From: Elusimicrobiota bacterium
GTDB taxonomy: Bacteria; Elusimicrobiota; UBA8919
DNA: 48,449 nt
Reading direction: 5' to 3'
Assembly (NCBI GenBank): GCA_043816185.1
Contig: JBDRIG010000010.1
Span: 1 to 48,449 of the forward strand
The notes below the pieces were generated by a model. It saw only the letters and a program-made list of their open reading frames with translations, was not told the DNA's origin and did no database searches. A program made the position numbers and the translations under genes. Shown one piece after another: positions 1-7,988 of this stretch (position 1 is the stretch's first letter; every line of letters begins with the position of its first letter).

Positions 1-238
1 GGGAATTGCTTCGCGGAAACGCCTCGCCTTTGAGGGCGGGCTCTCACTCGCACCGCTAAAAGTCATAAGGTGAAAAATAATAGTGTATGCGGTGCTCCGT
101 GAGGTTCCTCTCAGCAACCCCCTCGCTCTGCGATTAAAAAAAAGGTGTCCCGATAAATCGGGAAGGCTCTGTGGAAACTTTTCCATCGCTCTGCGATTGA
201 AGAAGGTGGAAAAGAATACAAAAGAAGAGTAAAAAAAG

Positions 239-781
239 ATGACTATTTTGGGTATTTCTGCTGCGGCATTAAATAGTCGAAGTGAGCTGCTTCTCAATTC
301 ACTTTTAGATGAGTTTTTAAAAAGCGGGGATGATGTTGAAAAAATTTTCATCCGCGACTTAAAAATATTTTTTTGTAGTGGGTTTCGCTGCTGTGAAAAA
401 ACTGGGAAATGTAACATTAGCGATGGTATGCAAATAATAGAAAAAGCGATTCTGTCATCGGATATCATCGTCGTTTCTACTCCGATTTATTTTACATCTG
501 TTCCAGCAAAATTGAAGGCAGTTGTAGACAGATGTCAGCTTTACTGGGTAAGAGAAAATATTTTAGGACTTTTGCCGTTATCGCCATTGTCAAAAAAAGG
601 ATTTTTTATATCGACCGCTGGCAGAACCCCAAATTTTAGTCATGCGGAAACGATAATCAAAGCGTTTTTCAGTGTATTCAACATAAAATTTTGTGGGAAG
701 TTTTATCTTCCAAATACTGACGGACTTGATAGTAAACAATTTGTGAAAGCGATTAAAGATGTAAAAAAATTGAAGATGTAA
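239..781 (+). CDS. flavodoxin-fold NAD(P)H-dependent FMN reductase / iron-sulfur flavoprotein-like protein
   Basis: 180-aa ORF. Central SDIIVVSTPIYFTSVPAKLKAVVDR segment is typical of FMN-reductase/Isf-type flavoproteins. Cys cluster CSGFRCCEKTGKC near the N-terminus. Purine-rich stretch upstream of the ATG. Confidence 0.6.
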   Translation: MTILGISAAALNSRSELLLNSLLDEFLKSGDDVEKIFIRDLKIFFCSGFRCCEKTGKCNISDGMQIIEKAILSSDIIVVSTPIYFTSVPAKLKAVVDRCQLYWVRENILGLLPLSPLSKKGFFISTAGRTPNFSHAETIIKAFFSVFNIKFCGKFYLPNTDGLDSKQFVKAIKDVKKLKM

Positions 782-894
782 AAAATAAACACCCGAATAA
801 AAGTGTCAGATAGAGATACTGAATGAAGACATCGAATTGTTCAGTTGTATTCGATTAACATTTGATTTATGTTTGGGTAAGGAGTGGGGTGGCC

Positions 895-1080
895 ATGAGA
901 ACAGTTATTGACAAGGATGTTTGCACTGGATGTGGATTGTGTTGTGATACGTGCCCAGATGTTTTTGAGATGCAGGACGCAGTAGCGGTTGTAAAAACTT
1001 TGGAAGTTCCATTATTGTCACAAGACAGTGCCAAACAAGCAGCATCTGATTGTCCTGTGGAAGCGATAAAGGTTGAATAA
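895..1080 (+). CDS. small single-cluster [4Fe-4S]/[3Fe-4S] ferredoxin
   Basis: Start trimmed to the ATG at 895, preceded by AAGGAGTGG. 61 aa with CTGCGLCCDTCP ... DCP cluster ligand pattern. Sits directly upstream of the PFOR genes. Confidence 0.8.
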   Translation: MRTVIDKDVCTGCGLCCDTCPDVFEMQDAVAVVKTLEVPLLSQDSAKQAASDCPVEAIKVE

Positions 1081-1203
1081 ACATTGGTAATGACACCGAA
1101 CAAAACCGTCGATACAATCTAATTTAGTCTGGTTTAGTTTGGCTCGACTTGGTTCAGTTCAGTTCTGTTGTCATTCAATTGTATCCTGGTAGGAGTGAAT
1201 AAA

Positions 1204-1779
1204 GTGAGCGACATTATTGAAGTAAGATGGCATGGTAGAGGTGGTCAAGGTGCAAAAACTGCAGCACTTCTTTTTGCGGAGGCAGCATTTGCGACTGGAA
1301 AATATGTTCAAGGTTTTCCTGAATATGGTCCTGAAAGGATGGGCGCACCCGTCCAATCGTTTAACCGTTTGTCAGATATACCAATTACACTTCACTGTGG
1401 AATTGCAAATCCAAATTTTGTTGTTGTGCTTGATCCTACGCTTATGAAAACGGTTGATGTGATAAGTGGACTTTCAAATGAAGGTGCGATAATTGTTAAC
1501 ACGGAAAAATCTGTTGACGATATGAGAAAAGAGTTAAATTTTAAAGGTAGAGTTTTTGTTATTAATGCCTCGAAAATTGCAAAAGAGTGTTTTGGGAAGG
1601 AAATTCCAAATACTCCAATGATGGGTGCGTTAGTAAAGGTTACAAACTTTTTAGAAATTTCTGGTGTTTTAGAAGATACGAAGAAAAAACTTGAAAAGAA
1701 ATTTTCCCATAAGCCAGAAATAATTGATGGCAATATAAAGTCAATAAAACGAGCTTATGACGAGGTTGTGGGAGAGTAA
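1204..1779 (+). CDS. porG: pyruvate:ferredoxin oxidoreductase gamma subunit
   Basis: IEVRWHGRGGQGAKTAA motif of 2-oxoacid:ferredoxin oxidoreductase gamma subunits. GTG start at 1204 with AGGAG 8 nt upstream is preferred over the TTG at 1168. Confidence 0.85.
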   Translation: MSDIIEVRWHGRGGQGAKTAALLFAEAAFATGKYVQGFPEYGPERMGAPVQSFNRLSDIPITLHCGIANPNFVVVLDPTLMKTVDVISGLSNEGAIIVNTEKSVDDMRKELNFKGRVFVINASKIAKECFGKEIPNTPMMGALVKVTNFLEISGVLEDTKKKLEKKFSHKPEIIDGNIKSIKRAYDEVVGE

Positions 1780-1781
1780 AA

Positions 1782-2111
1782 ATGTTGAGTAAAATAAAGT
1801 CTGTTCCAAGCAGTGTCTCTGGTGGAGAAAAAAAACTTGGTTGGAAAGAATTGCCAGAAGGTGATATTTTAGAGGCAGGAACTGCAAAAAACTTTAAGAC
1901 GGGCGATTGGAGAAGTTCACGACCAATCTATAATGCTGAAAAATGTATTCAGTGTTTTGTTTGTTGGATAAATTGTCCAGATTCATCAATAATTACTAAA
2001 GACGGAAAGATTACAGAGATTGATTACGACCATTGTAAAGGTTGTGGTATTTGTGCGAGAGAATGTCCGCCGAAAGTAACTGCGATAACAATGGAAGAAG
2101 AAAGAAAATAA
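1782..2111 (+). CDS. porD: pyruvate:ferredoxin oxidoreductase delta subunit (2x[4Fe-4S])
   Basis: Two CxxCxxCxxxCP motifs (CIQCFVCWINCP, CKGCGICARECP). Gene order gamma-delta-alpha-beta. Confidence 0.85.
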   Translation: MLSKIKSVPSSVSGGEKKLGWKELPEGDILEAGTAKNFKTGDWRSSRPIYNAEKCIQCFVCWINCPDSSIITKDGKITEIDYDHCKGCGICARECPPKVTAITMEEERK

Positions 2112-2206
2112 ACGCGAAAGAGACACAAAAAAAATGCAAAATTGACACAAAAATTGTAGTGGCGGATTCATCTGCTCACTTTCGTGTCGGTTTAACGAGG
2201 TTTTAT

Positions 2207-3376
2207 ATGAAAACAGCAAAAACAGGAAACGAAGCAATGGCAGAGGCGATGCGTCAGATAAATCCTGATGTTGTTGCCGCATATCCTATTACACCTGCGA
2301 CGGAAATCGTTATGATTTTTTCACAGTTTGTTGCCGACGGGCTTGTCGACAGCGAATATGTCGCTGTCGAGTCAGAACACTCCGCAATGTCAGCATGCAT
2401 AGGTGCTACTATCGCTGGATGTCGTGTTATGACATCAACATCTTCACAGGGACTTGCACTAATGTACGAAATGCTTTATATTGCCGCAGGATTACGACTA
2501 CCAATTGTGGTCGCCGAAGTCAACCGCGCACTTTCATCACCTATAAACATTCACGGTGATCACTCTGATACGATGGGTGCGAGAGATTCCGGCTGGATTC
2601 AAATTTTCTCTGAAAATTCGCAAGAGGCATACGATAATATGATTCAGGCAATTAGGATTGCCGAATCGGCGAAACTTCCAACAATGGTTACTACAGACGG
2701 ATTTATTATTAGCCATTGCATGGAAATTATTGATGTACTTGCTGACGATGACGTGAAAAAATTTGTAGGTGAGTATAATCCAGAGAGATTTTTGCTTGAT
2801 ACAAAAAATCCGTTTACGTGTGGTGCAATTGATCTACAAGATTACTATTTTGAACACAAAATGCAGGAAGTAGAAGCAATGAAAAATTCCAGAAAAATTA
2901 TTTTGGATGTTGCCGCAGATTTCAATAAAAAATTTGGTCGTGAGTACGGGTTATTTGAAAAATATAAACTTGACGATGCGGAAGTTGTTATTGTCTGCAT
3001 GGGTTCTACTGCTGGTACCACAAAATTTGTTGTTGACGAATTGCGTGCAAAAGGAATTAAAGTGGGATTGCTGAAGCCGAGAGTTTTCAGACCATTTCCT
3101 TACAGAGAAATAGCACGGGAATTGTCCAAAATTAAGGCACTTGCGGTTTTGGATCGATCAGATACTTTTTCGTCTTACGGTGGGCCGCTTTTTACTGAAA
3201 TTACATCTGCACTTTTTACATCTAATTTTCAAGTTCCGACTGCAAACTATGTTTATGGTTTAGGCGGAAGAGATATGAATACCGAACAAATAAAATCAGT
3301 TTTTGAAGATTTGTTCAAAATTGCTCAAACGAAAAAGGTTGATAAACCTATAAGTTATGTCGGTGTAAGAGAATAA
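2207..3376 (+). CDS. porA: pyruvate:ferredoxin oxidoreductase alpha subunit
   Basis: MKTAKTGNEAMAEAMRQINPDVVAAYPITPATEI is the canonical PorA N-terminus. Start moved from 2042 to the ATG at 2207 (GAGG RBS); the upstream extension overlaps porD. Confidence 0.9.
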   Translation: MKTAKTGNEAMAEAMRQINPDVVAAYPITPATEIVMIFSQFVADGLVDSEYVAVESEHSAMSACIGATIAGCRVMTSTSSQGLALMYEMLYIAAGLRLPIVVAEVNRALSSPINIHGDHSDTMGARDSGWIQIFSENSQEAYDNMIQAIRIAESAKLPTMVTTDGFIISHCMEIIDVLADDDVKKFVGEYNPERFLLDTKNPFTCGAIDLQDYYFEHKMQEVEAMKNSRKIILDVAADFNKKFGREYGLFEKYKLDDAEVVIVCMGSTAGTTKFVVDELRAKGIKVGLLKPRVFRPFPYREIARELSKIKALAVLDRSDTFSSYGGPLFTEITSALFTSNFQVPTANYVYGLGGRDMNTEQIKSVFEDLFKIAQTKKVDKPISYVGVRE

Positions 3377-3392
3377 AAAAGGATAAAAATCT

Positions 3393-4349
3393 ATGGCTAA
3401 TTTAAAAGAACTATCAAAAAAAGAGGAACTGTTTACTGGTGGACATCGATTGTGTGCAGGGTGCGGTGCGGGAATTATTGCAAGGCAGGTTTTGATTGCA
3501 TGTAATGATTTAGGAAAACCAGTTGTCGTAGCAAATGCTACTGGCTGTCTTGAAGTTGCAACCACAATTTTTCCATTCACAGCGTGGAAAGTACCATGGT
3601 TTCATTCTGCATTCGAAAATGCTGCTGCAACAATTTCAGGAATAGAAACCGCTTACAATGCTCTTAAAAAAAGAGGGAAAATCTCAGAGGACATAAATTT
3701 TATAGCGTTTGGTGGCGACGGTGGAACCTACGATATTGGATTGCAGTCATTGTCGGGTGCAATGGAAAGAGGCCATAGAATTCTTTATATTTGCTATAAC
3801 AATGAAGCCTATATGAACACAGGTATTCAGCGTTCATCGGCGACACCAAAAGGAGCACACACAACAACCGCTCCGTCGGGTGAAAAATCTTTTGGAAAAG
3901 TTCAAGCAAGAAAGGATTTAACCGCAATTATGATTGCTCACAATGTTTCATATATTGCACAGACAGCACTCGGTTTTCATAACGATTTAATCACAAAGGT
4001 TCAAAAGGCATTGAAAACTGAAGGCCCAACATTCATAAATATTATGCAACCGTGCCGACTTGGATGGATTTATCCACCAGAAGAAACTGTGCGATTTGGC
4101 CGACTTGCTGCGGATACCTGTGTTTGGCCTATTTATGAAGTTGAAAACGATGTTTACAAACTGAATTATAAGCCGAAGGAGAAAAAACCAATTACCGAAT
4201 GGTTAAAAAAACAGGGGAGATTTAAGCATCTTTTTTCTACTGACAAAACAGGTCAGCTTTTGACGGAAAACGAAAATGTAATAAAACAAATTCAGGAGAA
4301 TGTTGATAAAAATTGGGAAAAACTTCTCAAACTTTGCGAGGGAAACTAA
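3393..4349 (+). CDS. porB: pyruvate:ferredoxin oxidoreductase beta subunit (TPP-binding)
   Basis: GHRLCAGCG and GGDGGTYDIG...NNEAYMNTG TPP-binding motifs. Confidence 0.9.
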   Translation: MANLKELSKKEELFTGGHRLCAGCGAGIIARQVLIACNDLGKPVVVANATGCLEVATTIFPFTAWKVPWFHSAFENAAATISGIETAYNALKKRGKISEDINFIAFGGDGGTYDIGLQSLSGAMERGHRILYICYNNEAYMNTGIQRSSATPKGAHTTTAPSGEKSFGKVQARKDLTAIMIAHNVSYIAQTALGFHNDLITKVQKALKTEGPTFINIMQPCRLGWIYPPEETVRFGRLAADTCVWPIYEVENDVYKLNYKPKEKKPITEWLKKQGRFKHLFSTDKTGQLLTENENVIKQIQENVDKNWEKLLKLCEGN

Positions 4350-4449
4350 AAAATTAGTTGTAGTAACTGACGGTGACTGACAGCGACTAGTTTTGTTATT
4401 TTATAGTTATGAGTTCGGAGTTTGTGAAGTGTATATCGTATTGAAACTG

Positions 4450-4493
4450 AACAAGTTCAATGTGTTAGTGCAACACCGCTGACGCTGGATTGA
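4450..4493. repeat. dispersed 44-bp repeat (family B), copy 1
   Basis: aacaagttcaatGtgttagtgcaacaccgctgacgctggattga. Matches 16563-16606 at 43 of 44 positions. Both copies lie just 3' of a gene end (porB, dnaE). Confidence 0.85.
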
Positions 4494-4666
4494 ATCCGGG
4501 AAGGAAGCGTGTCAAAAGATGCTGATTTTTGACATGGGATGCTATTTTCTACTTGACATGCTTTTCCATAGATGACGCTGGATTGAATCCGGGAAGGAAG
4601 CGTGTCAAAAGATGCTGATTTTTGACATGGGATGCTATTTTCTACTTGACATGCTTTTCCATAGAT
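4481..4666. repeat. perfect tandem duplication, 2 x 93 bp
   Basis: The unit gacgctggattgaatccggg...cttttccatagat occurs at 4481-4573 and again at 4574-4666. Each unit holds an 8-bp-stem hairpin, tgtcaaaa-gatgctga-ttttgaca. Confidence 0.9.
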
Positions 4667-4693
4667 GACGGGCAAGGTATGGTCGGTGATCGT

Positions 4694-4735
4694 CCTCGTA
4701 CTCGTGAATCGTTTTTCACTTCTCGCTTCTCGTTG
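4694..4735. repeat. imperfect tandem heptamer array (non-coding)
   Basis: cctcgta|ctcgtga|atcgttt|ttcactt|ctcgctt|ctcgttg, directly upstream of the tpiA RBS. Confidence 0.5.
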
Positions 4736-4767
4736 TAAAGAATTGAAAATAAAGGAGAAAAATTAAA

Positions 4768-5559
4768 ATGACAAAAAGAATTTCTTTGATTGCTGGCAAT
4801 TGGAAAATGAATAAAACAGTTAATGAGTCGGTGGAATTAGCAAATGCTCTCAAACAAAAATTATCAGCGAGTTCTGCATCACAATGTGGAACAAACTCCA
4901 CAAATAATTGTGAAGTGCTTATATGTCCTCAGTTCATATCGCTTGTTGCGGTAAAAGAGGCTATTAAAGATACTGCAATAAAGTTAGGTGCACAAAATAT
5001 GTATTTTGAAAAATCCGGTGCTTACACGGGCGAGATTTCCCCTTCAATGCTAAAAGATGTCGGCTGCGAGTATGTAATTATAGGTCATTCGGAAAGAAGG
5101 CAGTATTTCAATGAGACCGACGAAAATGTCAACAAAAAAATGAAGGTTGCTTTTGAAAATTCGCTTATACCAATTGTTTGTGTTGGTGAAACATTACAAC
5201 AGCGCGAAAAAAACGAAACATTTTCAGTTATTGAAAAACAAATAAAAATTGGTGTTGCGGGACTGTCAGAAACGGAAGAACAGTCGAAAAAACTCGTTAT
5301 TGCATATGAGCCTGTTTGGGCAATAGGAACAGGAAAAACGGCAACACCACAGCAGGCAGAGGAAGTTCACGCATTTATCAGAAAAATTTATACTGAAATG
5401 TATGGGAAAAACGCCGCAGAGAGCGTTCGTATTTTATATGGTGGATCTGTCAAACCAGATAATGTTTCTGAAATAATGAAACAGTCAGATATTGACGGTG
5501 CACTTGTTGGCGGAGCATCACTTAAAGCGGATGATTTTATTAAACTCGTGCAATATTAG
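4768..5559 (+). CDS. tpiA: triose-phosphate isomerase
   Basis: IAGNWKMNKT, IGHSERR and AYEPVWAIGTGKTAT motifs. AAGGAG RBS. Confidence 0.95.
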   Translation: MTKRISLIAGNWKMNKTVNESVELANALKQKLSASSASQCGTNSTNNCEVLICPQFISLVAVKEAIKDTAIKLGAQNMYFEKSGAYTGEISPSMLKDVGCEYVIIGHSERRQYFNETDENVNKKMKVAFENSLIPIVCVGETLQQREKNETFSVIEKQIKIGVAGLSETEEQSKKLVIAYEPVWAIGTGKTATPQQAEEVHAFIRKIYTEMYGKNAAESVRILYGGSVKPDNVSEIMKQSDIDGALVGGASLKADDFIKLVQY

Positions 5560-5781
5560 ATGTAGGTAATTCGATAAAACTATTCTTACAATATTTTGAT
5601 TAAAAATGTAAAGGTGATAAATAAAAAACTTGTAGAAATTAAAGATTTATTAAGGCTAAAAAAGTACTATAAAAATGAAAATAACGCAGTGATATACGAA
5701 AAAGATATTAAGCGATTAGAAACCATTGTTAATAAGAAGAAATTTTATGATTCAAGATAGAGTAAATCTATTAATGAACTT

Positions 5782-6393
5782 ATGGAAAAAACAGCAGAAG
5801 ACATTAAATTGAGAGAAAAAGGAGCACAAAAATCTATTATAACAGATGTTTCGGCTAGGCATATTCATTTATGTCAAAAAGATTTAGAAAAACTTTTTGG
5901 CAATGAATATAAACTGACAAAAGACAAGGACTTAATACAACCTAATGAATTTGCTTCGAAAGAATTTGTTACTATCAAAGGGGCAAAAGGTGAAATTAGG
6001 AACGTTCGTATTTTAGGTCCGATAAGAAAATTTACACAGGTTGAAATTTCTAAAACAGATTCTTTTGTTCTCGATATAAATGCGCCGTTAAGGGTGTCGG
6101 GTGATATAAAAAATTCTGCGCCGATAACGATTATTGGAACCAACGGAACAATCGAACTAAAAGAAGGATGTATTATTGCAAAAAGACATATTCATTTTTC
6201 ACCGCAGGATGCGGAATTTTTTCAATTAGAAAACGGCGAAACAATTCGTGTGAAAAATGAGGGAGAAAGAGGGCTTATTTTCGATAATGTCGTTGTTCGG
6301 GTTTGCCAAAATATGGTATTGGAGTTTCATGTTGATACCGATGAGGCAAACGCTGCTGGAATAAAAAACGGTGATAAGGTAATAATATTTTAA
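5782..6393 (+). CDS. pduL: PduL-type phosphate acyltransferase (phosphate acetyl/propanoyltransferase)
   Basis: Duplicated PduL signature: VSARHIHLCQKDLEKLFG and IIAKRHIHFSPQDAEFF. About 200 aa. Confidence 0.8.
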   Translation: MEKTAEDIKLREKGAQKSIITDVSARHIHLCQKDLEKLFGNEYKLTKDKDLIQPNEFASKEFVTIKGAKGEIRNVRILGPIRKFTQVEISKTDSFVLDINAPLRVSGDIKNSAPITIIGTNGTIELKEGCIIAKRHIHFSPQDAEFFQLENGETIRVKNEGERGLIFDNVVVRVCQNMVLEFHVDTDEANAAGIKNGDKVIIF

Positions 6394-6421
6394 GAAAAAA
6401 ATTGGAAACAAAAAATAAAAA

Positions 6422-6859
6422 ATGAAAATTGCAATCGGAAGCGACCATCGTGGTTTCAAGTATAAAGAAAAACTTATAAAATTTTTATCAAAAAATTATG
6501 AAATAAAAGATTTTGGAACTTTTTCAGAAGAGTCTTGTGGCTATCCTGATTATGCCTACAAAGTTGCAAAAGCGGTTACATCAAAAAAATTTGATAAAGG
6601 AATTTTAATCTGCGGCTCTGGTGTCGGCATTGGTATTGCTGCAAACAAAGTAAAAGGCATCCGCGCAGCATTGGGTTACTCGGAAAAAGCGGCAGAATTT
6701 TCAGTAAGGCATCTTAATGCAAATATAATCTGTTTTTCAGAAGATTTTCCGATTGTAACAATCAAAAAAGCGATCAAAAAATTTTTTTCAGCAAAATTTG
6801 AAGGTGGTCGTCATTTAAGAAGAATTCAAAAAATAGAAAAAATTGAGGGGGAAAGGTGA
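6422..6859 (+). CDS. rpiB: ribose-5-phosphate isomerase B (RpiB/LacA/LacB family)
   Basis: MKIAIGSDHRGF...GILICGSGVGIGIAANKVKGIRAA signature. Confidence 0.9.
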   Translation: MKIAIGSDHRGFKYKEKLIKFLSKNYEIKDFGTFSEESCGYPDYAYKVAKAVTSKKFDKGILICGSGVGIGIAANKVKGIRAALGYSEKAAEFSVRHLNANIICFSEDFPIVTIKKAIKKFFSAKFEGGRHLRRIQKIEKIEGER

Positions 6860-7317
6860 GAAATACATGGCAGGTGTGGAACATAACGCAGAACAAATGT
6901 AGGACATGGAAGTGGTTTTTACTCTACACTCTATACCTTACACTCTGCACTCTACTTGGTGCTCAAGACGTAAATCAGCTTGTTGCTACTGGTAATAGAT
7001 TTATAAAAGAAGGAAAATATAATGAAGCGACTGAAGTATTATTTGAGGCAAAAAGATTAGACAGCCAATCTCCATTTCCAGACATTGCTTTAGGCATGAT
7101 GTTTTTGCAGAAAAACGATTTGTGGAAAGCCGAGATGCACTTGAAGACAGCAGAGTCACTTAGCAACGACCCGTCTGTTCAGTATATGCTCGCACTTCTT
7201 TACGAAAAAAATGGCAATAAATACGATGCAATAAATTATTGGAATAAGCTTAGTAGAAATCCGAATTTTAAAGAAACTGCAAAAAAGCACCTTCTATTTT
7301 TAGGAGGCGCAAGGTGA
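6856..7317 (+). CDS. secreted tetratricopeptide-repeat protein
   Basis: GTG start overlaps the rpiB stop (GTGA). Hydrophobic leader FLLYTLYLTLCTLLGAQD. TPR-like helices (GKYNEATEVLFEAKRLD..., MLALLYEKNGNKYDAINYW). Confidence 0.6.
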   Translation: MRNTWQVWNITQNKCRTWKWFLLYTLYLTLCTLLGAQDVNQLVATGNRFIKEGKYNEATEVLFEAKRLDSQSPFPDIALGMMFLQKNDLWKAEMHLKTAESLSNDPSVQYMLALLYEKNGNKYDAINYWNKLSRNPNFKETAKKHLLFLGGAR

Positions 7318-7967
7318 GACAGATAAAAATTAGTTCGATGGGTTTTCTGTGGAGAAATAAGAAGTTGGAAGCGAGAAACAAGAAGCGTTCTTATCTTTTA
7401 CTATTTACCATTTACTGTTTACTGTTTGCTGTTTTTACAGGATGTGCTACAAAAGCAGTAGTAAAAAAGGACTACAATTTTTCAGCTATAAAAAAGGTTG
7501 CCGTTTTTAAATTTTCTGGCAACGGTGGTGAAGCGGTAAGCAACGAATTCATAAGGCAGTTTTTAGCGTCAGGTGTAAACGTGGTTGATAGAACCAGCGA
7601 TGTAATGGCAAATGCAAAGTCGCTCAATGTAGATGCTGTTGTTTCTGGACACGTTACCGAGTTTAATCCATCAAACAAACTTTTGATATTTAAGGAACAT
7701 GGTGATATTGTGATTGCTAACAGGGTATATCCAATAAGTGGTACGACGGTAACATCTACTGGTTCATCGTTTGGTTTAGAGGATGCAAATGTTTACAGTG
7801 TTTCGGCATCCGTTTCAATTTCTGTAAAAATGACCGACATCGTAACAGATGAAATTGTATGGAGTGATTCAAATTGTTATGAAGCATTAGATATAAATAC
7901 CGCCGTTAAACTTCTTGCGTCGTCGTTTAAAAAATCGCTTAAAAGATATTGGAAAGAATTGGAATAG
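7314..7967 (+). CDS. lipoprotein of unknown function
   Basis: GTG start overlaps the upstream stop; AGGAGG lies 6 nt upstream. Lipobox-like AVFTGC after a hydrophobic leader. An internal ATG at 7338 is an alternative start. Confidence 0.55.
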   Translation: MRQIKISSMGFLWRNKKLEARNKKRSYLLLFTIYCLLFAVFTGCATKAVVKKDYNFSAIKKVAVFKFSGNGGEAVSNEFIRQFLASGVNVVDRTSDVMANAKSLNVDAVVSGHVTEFNPSNKLLIFKEHGDIVIANRVYPISGTTVTSTGSSFGLEDANVYSVSASVSISVKMTDIVTDEIVWSDSNCYEALDINTAVKLLASSFKKSLKRYWKELE

Positions 7968-7988
7968 TAATGACGAATGAGGACAATA

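Noticed and set aside
1-238. Possible FMN or other riboswitch upstream of the flavoprotein gene
   Set aside because: I could not recognise any conserved riboswitch core (FMN, TPP, SAM or preQ1). The segment shares strings with dispersed repeats instead. It is kept only as a low-interest finding.
2042-2206. Upstream extension of porA overlapping porD
   Set aside because: It overlaps the porD coding region out of frame and adds non-homologous sequence. The ATG at 2207 has a GAGG RBS and gives the canonical PorA N-terminus.
4495-4510. ccgggaaggaagcg resembles the GGAAGGAAGC core of SRP (4.5S) RNA domain IV
   Set aside because: The flanks cannot form the helix 8 symmetric and asymmetric loops or a long closing hairpin. 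The motif also sits inside a duplicated repeat unit, so this is probably coincidence.
4457-4675. 72-aa minus-strand ORF with an internally duplicated peptide
   Set aside because: It is simply the translation of the perfect 2 x 93-bp tandem duplication. There is no RBS or coding signature.
5614-5760. 48-codon GTG ORF upstream of and in frame with pduL
   Set aside because: It has no convincing RBS or recognisable motif, and is Lys/Asn-rich, as is typical of AT-rich non-coding DNA. It is mentioned in a finding but not called as a gene.
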